Positions 9,736 to 17,451 of a stretch of 64,000 nt of DNA are shown piece by piece. Where the stretch lies: the IMG/VR virus record IMGVR_UViG_3300032290_001086, one strand, 5' to 3'. This DNA comes from a virus (Duplodnaviria; Caudoviricetes). Below the pieces are notes generated by a model, which was not told the origin of the DNA, ran no database searches, and was given only the letters and a program-made list of their open reading frames with translations. Each line of letters opens with the position of its first letter. Position 1 is the first letter of the stretch. A program made the position numbers and the translations under genes.

Positions 9736-9765
9736 TTGACAGGTCTGGGTCTGCCATGGTATGGT
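9736..9765 (+). promoter_or_regulatory. sigma70-type early promoter
   Basis: TTGACA-18 bp-TATGGT, 51 nt before ATG 9787. Confidence 0.6.
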
Positions 9766-9786
9766 GGACCCATTCGACCATTTGCC

Positions 9787-11028
9787 ATGAAGCTCCGTCC
9801 CCACCAAGCCCGCAGCCTCACCAAGATGGAACTGGTTCGCATGGGTCAGGTGTATGTTCCCACTGGTGGTGGCAAAACGTTGATTATGATTCGTGACCTC
9901 ATGCGTAGGTTAGAAGAATCCGAGAAACCTTTTACTGCACTGATTGTTGCTCCTCGCATTCTGCTTGCGAACCAATTGTGTGTAGAGTTTACACAAGAAA
10001 TCAAGAATGCTGTAGTTGCTCACGTTCACTCTGGGGAGACTAGGCATTTTTCTACCACTAATCCTGACCATATCACCATGTTTCATAACATGGTTAAAGA
10101 AAGCAATGAACACCAACTACTTTTTACTACTTATCATTCTCTTCATCGTATTATTGACAGTGGAATACACATTGATACAGTCTACTTTGATGAGGCTCAC
10201 AATGCCTGCAAGCGAGACTTCTTTGTTTCTACTGCAATGATGTCTCAACATGCAGAGTCTGCATACTATTTCACTGCAACACCTAAACTGTCGCAGAATC
10301 CCAAAGGTCGTGGCATGAATAACTCTATTGTGTTTGGTCAGGTGATTGAGAATGTACCTGCACCTGAGCTGATTGAGAATGGTAGCATCATTCCTCCCAT
10401 GGTTCAAGTTTATGAAGTAGATGGAGAGCGTGTGAAAGATGAAGCAGCGAAACATGATGCTAAGACTCTACTTGGTATTCTTGATGGACTTGATGATGAT
10501 AAGTCACAGAAAGTTCTAGTTGCTGCACCTAGCACTAAAGTATTGTGCCAAATGTTATTTCGTACTGATGTGATGCACCAGTTCAAACAACGTGGATATG
10601 ATATTCTTCATATTACATCGAAAGAAGGTGCATATGTCAATGACAAGAAAGTGAATCGTGAAGTATTCTTTGACACCATGACTAAGTGGGGTCAAGACAA
10701 GCACAAGAAATTTGTATTGTTTCACTATTCTATTTTGTCTGAAGGTATCAACTGTCCTGGGTTGACTCATTGTGTTCTGCTACGAAATCTGAATGTTATC
10801 GAAATGTGTCAAACCATTGGTCGAGTGATTCGTGTAGACCGTGATGATGCTAAGGATATTGCTGAGGGTCGTCTGACTCCTGGAGATTACATGTCTTATC
10901 GCAAGACTCATGGGTTTGTCACGGTTCCTGTTCACAAAAATTATGGAAAGAACACGCAGCAACGGCTGCAAAGTGTGGTAGACTTTGTTTTCAGGCAGGG
11001 CATTCCTCCTGAATACTACGTTGATTGA
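9787..11028 (+). CDS. superfamily 2 DExH helicase (type III Res-like)
   Basis: LRPHQ Q-motif, PTGGGKT, DEAH, TATP, LSEGIN, QTIGRVIR; start trimmed to MKLRPHQ. Confidence 0.9.
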   Translation: MKLRPHQARSLTKMELVRMGQVYVPTGGGKTLIMIRDLMRRLEESEKPFTALIVAPRILLANQLCVEFTQEIKNAVVAHVHSGETRHFSTTNPDHITMFHNMVKESNEHQLLFTTYHSLHRIIDSGIHIDTVYFDEAHNACKRDFFVSTAMMSQHAESAYYFTATPKLSQNPKGRGMNNSIVFGQVIENVPAPELIENGSIIPPMVQVYEVDGERVKDEAAKHDAKTLLGILDGLDDDKSQKVLVAAPSTKVLCQMLFRTDVMHQFKQRGYDILHITSKEGAYVNDKKVNREVFFDTMTKWGQDKHKKFVLFHYSILSEGINCPGLTHCVLLRNLNVIEMCQTIGRVIRVDRDDAKDIAEGRLTPGDYMSYRKTHGFVTVPVHKNYGKNTQQRLQSVVDFVFRQGIPPEYYVD

Positions 11029-11037
11029 TTCTGAACT

Positions 11038-11289
11038 ATGGCACTTCACAACCAACACAAAGCTATTGGCAACCTCGGCAAGGGGGCAGACGGGTTAAAG
11101 GGCTCTGTAGCCGTTGGAGGTGGCCCTGGAAGCGGCAGGGGAATGACCATTACCCCTGTCACTGGTCTGGGAGCCTACATGCCCAAGGACCTGGATGGCA
11201 TCGTTGTTCGCTACATCGAGCAGGCCAAAGAGGACCGCAAAGCTGCAGCCAGGGAACGTGCAGCTGAGCGACTGTCACAATGGTATTGA
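11038..11289 (+). CDS. hypothetical Gly-rich protein
   Basis: 83-aa ORF with GC-rich codons. Confidence 0.6.
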   Translation: MALHNQHKAIGNLGKGADGLKGSVAVGGGPGSGRGMTITPVTGLGAYMPKDLDGIVVRYIEQAKEDRKAAARERAAERLSQWY

Positions 11290-11314
11290 CAAACTGACCA
11301 ATCCATCCTAGATT
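11258..11314 (+). promoter_or_regulatory. early promoter with upstream imperfect palindrome
   Basis: GTGCAGCTGAGCGACTGTCACA, then TTGACA(11286)-17 bp-TAGATT. Confidence 0.7.
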
Positions 11315-11338
11315 CTCTTTGTTCACACCTAATTAAAC

Positions 11339-11599
11339 ATGACACGTTCTCACCGAAGGATTATGAACAAAACAAATTATACCTGGGCAGAACTCCTAGG
11401 TGCTGGTGTTGCTATTATTGGCATTGTAGCAGTTGCATTTGCTGTAGGTGCAGTTCTAATGATTATTCCTGCATGGATTGGTCATTGGATTCTTGTAAAT
11501 CTATTCAACTATACTGTACTCTCACTGTGGCAAGTATGGGGAATTCTAATTGGTCTCCGTCTTGCATTTGGTGGTATCGTTACTATTAACAAAAACTGA
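11339..11599 (+). CDS. hypothetical membrane protein
   Basis: 2-3 hydrophobic helices. Confidence 0.65.
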   Translation: MTRSHRRIMNKTNYTWAELLGAGVAIIGIVAVAFAVGAVLMIIPAWIGHWILVNLFNYTVLSLWQVWGILIGLRLAFGGIVTINKN

Positions 11600-11601
11600 T
11601 T

Positions 11602-11835
11602 ATGGAAACTGGTGACATCACTGTGACTCTCACTGAGTCTCAACATGAAATGCTTCTTGATATTATCATGAATTCGCTTGATTCATTTCAATTTGCAGCT
11701 CCATATGATGATGGAATGCACGAACTGCCACTTGACAATCCCATCATTCAGCGGTATGATACACTGGACACGCTTCGACAGACATTTGTGACTCTTTGGA
11801 GTGACCGTTTTCATCCTTATTCTGAGGAAAATTGA
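11602..11835 (+). CDS. hypothetical protein
   Basis: ORF in the array. Confidence 0.6.
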   Translation: METGDITVTLTESQHEMLLDIIMNSLDSFQFAAPYDDGMHELPLDNPIIQRYDTLDTLRQTFVTLWSDRFHPYSEEN

Positions 11836-12011
11836 TGATTGCTTTTCTTCTCGCTTCTGTTGTTCAGTATGATTTCTTATCGACTCCTGTTCCTGAAAGT
11901 GTTGCAAGGAAATGTGCCGCTGATGTTGGCATTCCTTACGCTAGTGATGCTTTTAGTGATACTGAATGGCAAGAGTTCAAGCGTTGTATCATCTATCGCA
12001 TGAGTCGCTAA
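11835..12011 (+). CDS. small hypothetical protein (58 aa, MIAFLLASVVQ..)
   Basis: TGATG overlap; fills the gap; not in the ORF track. Confidence 0.55.
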   Translation: MIAFLLASVVQYDFLSTPVPESVARKCAADVGIPYASDAFSDTEWQEFKRCIIYRMSR

Positions 12012-12012
12012 C

Positions 12013-12342
12013 ATGGCACACTATTGGAAAGCACTTATTCTGACACAATCTAATGTGTTTCAGAATATTGAATTTGAAACTCCTGGACCTTGGCGTGAAG
12101 ATGCAATTGCTCAAGTCAAATCAACATATGGAGCAAAGGAAGTCAGATTTTGCAATCCTATTTCAAAGTCTAGCTCTGTCTCTTCTAGTCAATCTGGGGA
12201 TTCTTCTTCTAGTTCTGATGGCTCTTGGGCTGGACTCTTAATTGTTCTTGCTGTGATTGCAATTTGGGCTTTTCGATACATTATTCTTGCTGCCATTGTA
12301 TTTGGTGGCATCTATTTACTATACAAATGGCTTAAGAAATGA
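12013..12342 (+). CDS. hypothetical protein with Ser-rich linker and C-terminal TM helices
   Basis: ORF translation. Confidence 0.65.
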   Translation: MAHYWKALILTQSNVFQNIEFETPGPWREDAIAQVKSTYGAKEVRFCNPISKSSSVSSSQSGDSSSSSDGSWAGLLIVLAVIAIWAFRYIILAAIVFGGIYLLYKWLKK

Positions 12343-12953
12343 AAAGTATTCGCTTCATTGGTGATGTTCATGGTAACTGGAAAAGATACAAGAAAATCAT
12401 CAATGAATGCGATACTTCGATTCAGGTTGGTGATTTTGGTGTAGGATTCTCTGGTCATTCAAACCCACCACATGACCACATGAACAAGGGCAACCACAAG
12501 TTTATTCGTGGTAATCATGATAATCCAAATGTATGCCAAATGCATCCATTTTGGATACCAGATGGTACTATGATTCATGATAAGATATTCTGTATTGGTG
12601 GTGCCAAATCTATTGATGCACACATGAGAACAGAAGGGTTGAACTGGTGGAATGATGAAGAGTTGTCGTATGCTCAGTTTCTCAAGTTGTGCGATGAGTA
12701 TGAAAAACTGAAGCCAGAAGTAGTAGTAGCACATGAAATGCCAGAGAGCTTAACATACATAGTGTGCTCCAAGTGTAATCTTACGAAATATGACGATAAA
12801 TCTATCACTCGTCAATTTCTTGATAATCTACTGGAGATACACAGACCAGATTTATTCATTCATGGACATTGGCATGTTGACCACCATACTATCTTCAATG
12901 GTGTTGAATATATTGGTCTGGGTGAGTTAAATTTTATAGACTTAGAGTTATGA
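12339..12953 (+). CDS. calcineurin-like metallophosphoesterase
   Basis: GDVHG, GDFG, RGNHD, AH and HGHWH motifs. Confidence 0.9.
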   Translation: MKSIRFIGDVHGNWKRYKKIINECDTSIQVGDFGVGFSGHSNPPHDHMNKGNHKFIRGNHDNPNVCQMHPFWIPDGTMIHDKIFCIGGAKSIDAHMRTEGLNWWNDEELSYAQFLKLCDEYEKLKPEVVVAHEMPESLTYIVCSKCNLTKYDDKSITRQFLDNLLEIHRPDLFIHGHWHVDHHTIFNGVEYIGLGELNFIDLEL

Positions 12954-13094
12954 ACAACGAAGACTGGACTAATCTCAATAACATGCACAAAGAGTTGACA
13001 ACTAACCACTTAGCAGCTTATGATACGGCATATCTTGAGAAGTATGCAGAACTTCTTGCAAAATCACTTGAAGGGAAAGGAGACCCACATCATA

Positions 13095-13316
13095 ATGACA
13101 GAAACTGATTATTCTATTTTTCTCTCTCATACAAATGCTATGCAGAGAATGGAACAATTCAATAAACGTGCAGTGAAGGCTAAAACCCATAAAACAATGT
13201 ACAAACACTTTCGCAATGCTGATGCAGTCTATGCAGAGTATCGTGAACTGATTGAAGAAGAACCAAACTACATTACACTTTGTCTCGACCACATCGAAGG
13301 TATCATCAATGATTGA
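13095..13316 (+). CDS. hypothetical protein (start uncertain, 13095 or 13140)
   Basis: ORF 13020..13316 trimmed. Confidence 0.5.
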   Translation: MTETDYSIFLSHTNAMQRMEQFNKRAVKAKTHKTMYKHFRNADAVYAEYRELIEEEPNYITLCLDHIEGIIND

Positions 13317-13494
13317 ATCCACTACTTTTCCCACTGACATTAACGCTGTTGCAGCTGTTGCTGGTTTGGCTGGTGCTCTGGTTGTGATTGTTTATTCTTT
13401 CACACGGAATCATCAGTATGAAATGCGGAAACGTTCCGCACGTATCAGCAAAGCTAATGAGTCAGAGGTTGACTTCCCACCACAAATCGGTTAA
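13309..13494 (+). CDS. small membrane protein
   Basis: MIESTTF.. with TM segment AVAAVAGLAGALVVIVYSF. Confidence 0.55.
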   Translation: MIESTTFPTDINAVAAVAGLAGALVVIVYSFTRNHQYEMRKRSARISKANESEVDFPPQIG

Positions 13495-13497
13495 TCT
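13444..13497 (+). promoter_or_regulatory. early promoter with LysR-type operator
   Basis: ATCAG-CAAAG-CTAAT, 10 bp, TTGACT-17 bp-TAATCT; ATG 54 nt after the -35 start. Confidence 0.7.
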
Positions 13498-13522
13498 ACA
13501 AAGGTAGTCAAGGGAACACCCC

Positions 13523-13780
13523 ATGAACGACATCATCACACTCACACCAGTCAAGCCACAGTTTCGTGAGGTGTACCATTACACCACCAGCCGCTGGGAT
13601 TGGCAAGATGGCAATGTGAATCAAATGTGGATTGAAGAGGTGGATGAGGGACAATACGTTGCCATCGCCCACAATCCAGCAAAAGGTGCTAGTATGGTGA
13701 TGTCGAACCCTCGTGGCTACCATGCCACTCTAGAGTGGGTTCGTAAGTTCTGTGCTTCATTCTGCATTCTTCCTGTTTGA
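13523..13780 (+). CDS. hypothetical early protein
   Basis: ORF directly after a promoter cassette. Confidence 0.7.
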   Translation: MNDIITLTPVKPQFREVYHYTTSRWDWQDGNVNQMWIEEVDEGQYVAIAHNPAKGASMVMSNPRGYHATLEWVRKFCASFCILPV

Positions 13781-13782
13781 TT

Positions 13783-13959
13783 ATGAAACCTTATCCACTT
13801 GGCATTGATAATCCATATCGGATTATACAAGAAATGAGTTCAACCAACTGGTCAATTTATCGAAGAGATTCATTTCAAAAGATTGCAACCTTTAAGTCAC
13901 AATATGATGCCTATGATGCTCGTCGTGCTATTCTCAAATCAGAAGGATACAACGCATGA
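13783..13959 (+). CDS. hypothetical protein (MKPYPLGIDNP..)
   Basis: ORF 13777..13959 trimmed to the ATG. Confidence 0.6.
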   Translation: MKPYPLGIDNPYRIIQEMSSTNWSIYRRDSFQKIATFKSQYDAYDARRAILKSEGYNA

Positions 13960-14111
13960 AACATCTACCATGGATTGTATGTGGATTGAGTGTTATCATT
14001 GGATGGAATGTACTTGCAGTCCTTCGTGATACCAAATCCATTGATATACAATATCGAACAGTACACCAGTTGTACTGTGCCAAACACCCACAACATCATC
14101 ACTGCAAATGA
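13956..14111 (+). CDS. small hypothetical membrane protein (51 aa)
   Basis: ATGA overlaps at both ends; not in the ORF track. Confidence 0.55.
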   Translation: MKHLPWIVCGLSVIIGWNVLAVLRDTKSIDIQYRTVHQLYCAKHPQHHHCK

Positions 14112-14374
14112 ACTTTACTGAACTGAACTTTGAGCCTCACGGGATTAAAGATGGTATTCAAGCCAAACATTTCTTTGAAAATGGTTATGGTGTATCAGTA
14201 GTTAAGTTTCCTGGTAGCTATGGCTTTGAAGAAGATTTGTATGAAGTAGCCATTCTTCAAGGCACAGAAGATGACTGGAGTATCACTTACGAAACACCAA
14301 TCACTGATGATGTATTAGGTCATCGTGATGACGAAGACATTAACATTATTCTAGAAGAGGTACAAGCACTATGA
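14108..14374 (+). CDS. hypothetical phage protein (FENGYGVSVV..GSYG..LYEVAIL family)
   Basis: Motif pattern I recognise from many tailed phages. Confidence 0.7.
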   Translation: MNFTELNFEPHGIKDGIQAKHFFENGYGVSVVKFPGSYGFEEDLYEVAILQGTEDDWSITYETPITDDVLGHRDDEDINIILEEVQAL

Positions 14375-14453
14375 CTAAATCCTATCACAACAATCCAAAG
14401 CCCAAGACTATTAAAATCTTTGGTACACTTCATACATATACCAAGCCAGCCAA

Positions 14454-14511
14454 GACCAGTTGAACCACTGGCACACTGAGCAAACACCAGGGGCAGCTTT
14501 GCCCCTATACT
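14454..14511 (+). promoter_or_regulatory. early promoter with upstream CCAGT-N6-ACTGG palindrome
   Basis: GACCAGTTGAACCACTGGCACA, then GC hairpin GGGGCA..TGCCCC and -10 TATACT (14506). Confidence 0.65.
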
Positions 14512-14538
14512 GATTTCAGTTCAAACAACACCACTCCA

Positions 14539-14997
14539 ATGGGAACTCGCTCTCGCATCGGCATCGAACTCCAGGACCGCTCCATCGTTTCCGTGTATTG
14601 TCACTGGGATGGCCATCCTGAGTTCAATGGTAAAGTGCTGAAGAAGCATTACACCACCAAAGACTCCGTGATGGAACTCATTGATGGTGGTTCTATGTCT
14701 AGTCTCCGCACTCGTGGAACTTGGAATCATGGTCGCACTCTCAAAGATGATAAAGGAGAGCACATTGTAGATTCTGAAGGGTTTATCATGTCTGAAAATG
14801 ACCGTAACCCTCAACCACTGTATCATACAGAGCGTGGTGAAGAAATCAATGTAGAACACACCAGCAAGAGAAAAGTTCTATCTGGTAAACTTGGCAGTGA
14901 AGAATATGTTTATATCTTCACTCAAAAGAACCAGTGGAAAGCTTACAAGATTGGCTGGGGTGAAACCAACACGCACGAGGTACAGATTCCAAACTGA
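14539..14997 (+). CDS. conserved hypothetical phage protein (MGTRSRIG..YCHWDG family)
   Basis: Characteristic N-terminal motif. Confidence 0.75.
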   Translation: MGTRSRIGIELQDRSIVSVYCHWDGHPEFNGKVLKKHYTTKDSVMELIDGGSMSSLRTRGTWNHGRTLKDDKGEHIVDSEGFIMSENDRNPQPLYHTERGEEINVEHTSKRKVLSGKLGSEEYVYIFTQKNQWKAYKIGWGETNTHEVQIPN

Positions 14998-15003
14998 CCC
15001 TCC

Positions 15004-15027
15004 AGCCCCCAATCAAGGGGGCTTTTC
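15004..15027 (+). terminator. Rho-independent terminator
   Basis: AGCCCCC-AATCAA-GGGGGCT-TTT. Confidence 0.75.
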
Positions 15028-15060
15028 TCTAAAATAAATAGAGTTTCCCCTAAACAAGCC

Positions 15061-15189
15061 ATGAACACTCCAAATTGGCAACACCACTCAAACAAACCCA
15101 AAACAACCAAAGGAACCTGCAAAGGAAAGCTCAAAGCTCGCAAACAATCACTGAACCATCTCAAAAATAAATTGATGAAAACCAAGTAA
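15061..15189 (+). CDS. small basic protein (42 aa, MNTPNWQHHS..)
   Basis: ORF downstream of late-type ATAAATA (15034-15040); not in the ORF track. Confidence 0.6.
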   Translation: MNTPNWQHHSNKPKTTKGTCKGKLKARKQSLNHLKNKLMKTK

Positions 15190-15275
15190 TTAAGGTCAAA
15201 AAACATCACTTTTTTGAGCTTAAATTGCCTAAGTGACCCCAGTGTTCCTTCTATGTAATTTAACATTCAAAACTC

Positions 15276-15845
15276 ATGAAACAAATCATTCCAGCAGTCA
15301 TGCCACCACTGCTACCTGAAGAAAAGCAACTGCTCACAAACAAGTCAGTGTATTCGGGAGAATCGTGTACAAGCGAAGTAATGAAATATTGCCAGATGAA
15401 AAGTCTCAATACTGCAGTACCACATATTGATGAAGGAGTTGATTTGTTGATTGAAATGAGTAGAAATAGTTGGCTTTCTGCTCAGGTGAAAAAGATTTCA
15501 TATCGTGTTGAAAAGGGAAAGTCGAGATATGCATTTAAGTTTCAAAGTGAAACAAGCAATTACTCCGAAAAGGATATTGATGTATTCTATCATGTACTAA
15601 TGACACATTATAGAACACTCATCTGGAGGTCTGATTCAAAGCATGTTCCCAGGAGAAATGATGGAGGCTTCGTAAAGAATACAAATTTAATTTTAGATAG
15701 ACCAAAGGCTAAACTAACATCAAGCACAAAATGTCAATTTCAAGAAAAGCCTGAGTTAATCTATCAAGTATATCATCCATTGGTTATTATTAAGAATCTA
15801 CAATTCTTTAATCCATCCAGTACACCAATAGAACAATATCTATGA
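15276..15845 (+). CDS. putative PD-(D/E)XK endonuclease (I-Ssp6803I-like)
   Basis: GE..V...P..DEGVDLLI....AQVKK...Y...DIDVF pattern. Confidence 0.6.
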   Translation: MKQIIPAVMPPLLPEEKQLLTNKSVYSGESCTSEVMKYCQMKSLNTAVPHIDEGVDLLIEMSRNSWLSAQVKKISYRVEKGKSRYAFKFQSETSNYSEKDIDVFYHVLMTHYRTLIWRSDSKHVPRRNDGGFVKNTNLILDRPKAKLTSSTKCQFQEKPELIYQVYHPLVIIKNLQFFNPSSTPIEQYL

Positions 15846-16024
15846 ATAAGGAAGAGAAAGAAACTTTAAGAATAGAGTTTGCTAAGATAGCACTTACACA
15901 GTTAGCAAGTAATGTAATAGAAAAGAATTTCCAGACAGCAGCATCACAAGCAGAGATGGAACCTGATGAGTTGATAGCAGCATATTGTTGGCAGATAGCA
16001 GACTCAATGATGAAGTATATGTAG
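15842..16024 (+). CDS. hypothetical protein
   Basis: ATGA overlap; LR.EFA..AL...CWQIADSMM pattern. Confidence 0.6.
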   Translation: MNKEEKETLRIEFAKIALTQLASNVIEKNFQTAASQAEMEPDELIAAYCWQIADSMMKYM

Positions 16025-16120
16025 TTCCGCATAGTTTTCCACAAGGCTGTGGAAAAAGTAGTATAATTATTAACAATTATTAAATGTAATAAAAAATATA
16101 GTTGAGAGATGTATGTAGAG

Positions 16121-16176
16121 AGAGAATTATTAAGTATATACTGTATAAAGAGATAATTATTAAGTATATACTGTAT
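16121..16176 (+). repeat. AT-rich direct repeat, 30-bp period
   Basis: AGA(G/T)AATTATTAAGTATATACTGTAT at 16121 and 16151. Confidence 0.9.
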
Positions 16177-16237
16177 GTGTCCGAGGGTGTCAGAGAAAGT
16201 ATCTGAAATGTACGGAGGTGCAGCAGTCTTGGCGAGC

Positions 16238-16266
16238 ATTATATCATCACTCGGCCAATTTGTCAA
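16238..16266 (-). promoter_or_regulatory. perfect-consensus sigma70 promoter, minus strand
   Basis: Reverse complement TTGACA-AATTGGCCGAGTGATGA (17 bp)-TATAAT. Confidence 0.85.
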
Positions 16267-16428
16267 GCCCCCAGTCCCAAAAAACCCATAAGGATTCCAA
16301 ATCATTCCGAGACCACCCATAAGGAATCCATATATAAGGACTTCAAATCACTCAGAGCCCCTTCGATAGTTTTCCACAGGGCTGTGGAAAACCTGGGGAA
16401 AACTATTATTAACAATTATTAACTATAC

Positions 16429-16457
16429 TTGACACACATCCCGAATATGTGTATAAT
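16429..16457 (+). promoter_or_regulatory. perfect-consensus sigma70 promoter
   Basis: TTGACA-17 bp-TATAAT. Confidence 0.85.
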
Positions 16458-16513
16458 GACTCTGTTAGGGGTGACAAATTATTATTAATTATTAACTATA
16501 CATCATATCATAC

Positions 16514-16567
16514 ATAAGCAACACTAATCAAAGACCCCTTGACAACCTCAGAGAAACCCCCTATAGT
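16514..16567 (+). promoter_or_regulatory. early promoter with LysR-type operator
   Basis: ATAAG-CAACA-CTAAT, 10 bp, TTGACA-17 bp-TATAGT. Confidence 0.75.
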
Positions 16568-16590
16568 GAACACGTTCACACATTGAACCC

Positions 16591-16764
16591 ATGAAATTCT
16601 CCCTCGACTCAAAGTTTCTTTACATAGGAGCTAATACTAGGGCAAAAACAGGTGATGAACAATTTGGAATTAGTATTGGTAAGTATTACTTTGGTCTATA
16701 TGATAACAGGCCATGTGCAGGTAAGCTTAACAAGTATGGTGCATTAGATATTAACAATAAGTAA
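16591..16764 (+). CDS. small hypothetical protein (57 aa, MKFSLDSKFLYIG..)
   Basis: ORF directly after a promoter; not in the ORF track. Confidence 0.6.
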   Translation: MKFSLDSKFLYIGANTRAKTGDEQFGISIGKYYFGLYDNRPCAGKLNKYGALDINNK

Positions 16765-16770
16765 ATTATT

Positions 16771-16977
16771 ATGCTTACAATGAACTATTCTGATTTGGTA
16801 CAATTCTTTCAAACTAAATCCATGCAACAAGATGAGATGATTGATTGTATTACTGCACAACTGTATAACAATAATTATAGTTTATTGGAAAAGATTATTG
16901 AGGAGTATGTGTTAGGTTTAAATGAAGAAGAATTGAATACATTAGAACATTTTATCAATACTAATCTCACTGATTAG
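16771..16977 (+). CDS. hypothetical protein
   Basis: ORF. Confidence 0.55.
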   Translation: MLTMNYSDLVQFFQTKSMQQDEMIDCITAQLYNNNYSLLEKIIEEYVLGLNEEELNTLEHFINTNLTD

Positions 16978-17027
16978 TAACACTAATGGTTCAGGGGGTT
17001 GACTTCTGACCAAATCCCTGCCATACT
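16973..17027 (+). promoter_or_regulatory. early promoter with LysR-type operator
   Basis: ATTAG-TAACA-CTAAT, 11 bp, TTGACT-17 bp-(TG)CATACT. Confidence 0.75.
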
Positions 17028-17052
17028 GAACTCGTTCACTACTGAACCACCC

Positions 17053-17229
17053 ATGGACAACTACTTCAACCAGAAGATTGTTGAGCGTCACGATGAGCAC
17101 TTTTGGCTCAACAATAGCATGGCAGAATGTTATGATTTCTGTCTTGGTATTGCTACTGGTATGCTGGATGATTCTGATTGTGTCTGGTATTATGAACAGA
17201 AAAAGTCTCACATTTGCTATGATGTATGA
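17053..17229 (+). CDS. small hypothetical early protein
   Basis: ATG 54 nt after the -35; the ORF track's TTG start is the -35 box. Confidence 0.65.
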   Translation: MDNYFNQKIVERHDEHFWLNNSMAECYDFCLGIATGMLDDSDCVWYYEQKKSHICYDV

Positions 17230-17232
17230 TTG

Positions 17233-17287
17233 ATAAGCAACCCTAATCAATCAGGGGGTTGACACCAGCCCCCATCCATGCCAAACT
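17233..17287 (+). promoter_or_regulatory. early promoter with LysR-type operator
   Basis: ATAAG-CAACC-CTAAT, 11 bp, TTGACA-17 bp-(TG)CAAACT; leader GTTCACTACTGAACCACCCATGG identical to the previous cassette. Confidence 0.75.
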
Positions 17288-17312
17288 ACGTTTGTTCACT
17301 ACTGAACCACCC

Positions 17313-17444
17313 ATGGAAAACTTCAACGACTTTGTTGACCTTGAAGCCGAAATTTACGATTGGCAGGATGACATTCTTGTTCCTGCTGATGATGTAAACG
17401 AAGAAACTTTTCTTCAATTTGTAAACTCTAAATTCGATTTCTGA
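17313..17444 (+). CDS. small highly acidic early protein
   Basis: ATG 54 nt after the -35; D/E-rich, 43 aa. Confidence 0.6.
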   Translation: MENFNDFVDLEAEIYDWQDDILVPADDVNEETFLQFVNSKFDF

Positions 17445-17451
17445 AATTATT

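Larger units (their letters stand above)
16031..16500. other. putative replication origin / DnaA-box cluster
   Basis: TTTTCCACA at 16035 and 16370; TGTGGAAAA at 16048 and 16383; TGGGGAAAA at 16394; AT-rich repeats; no credible ORF. Confidence 0.65.

Noticed and set aside
15808-16320. 170-aa minus-strand ORF across the origin-like region
   Set aside because: It translates the DNA repeats (IQYILNN twice), starts upstream of the minus-strand promoter and overlaps a credible + gene antisense; a short peptide from this transcript cannot be fully excluded
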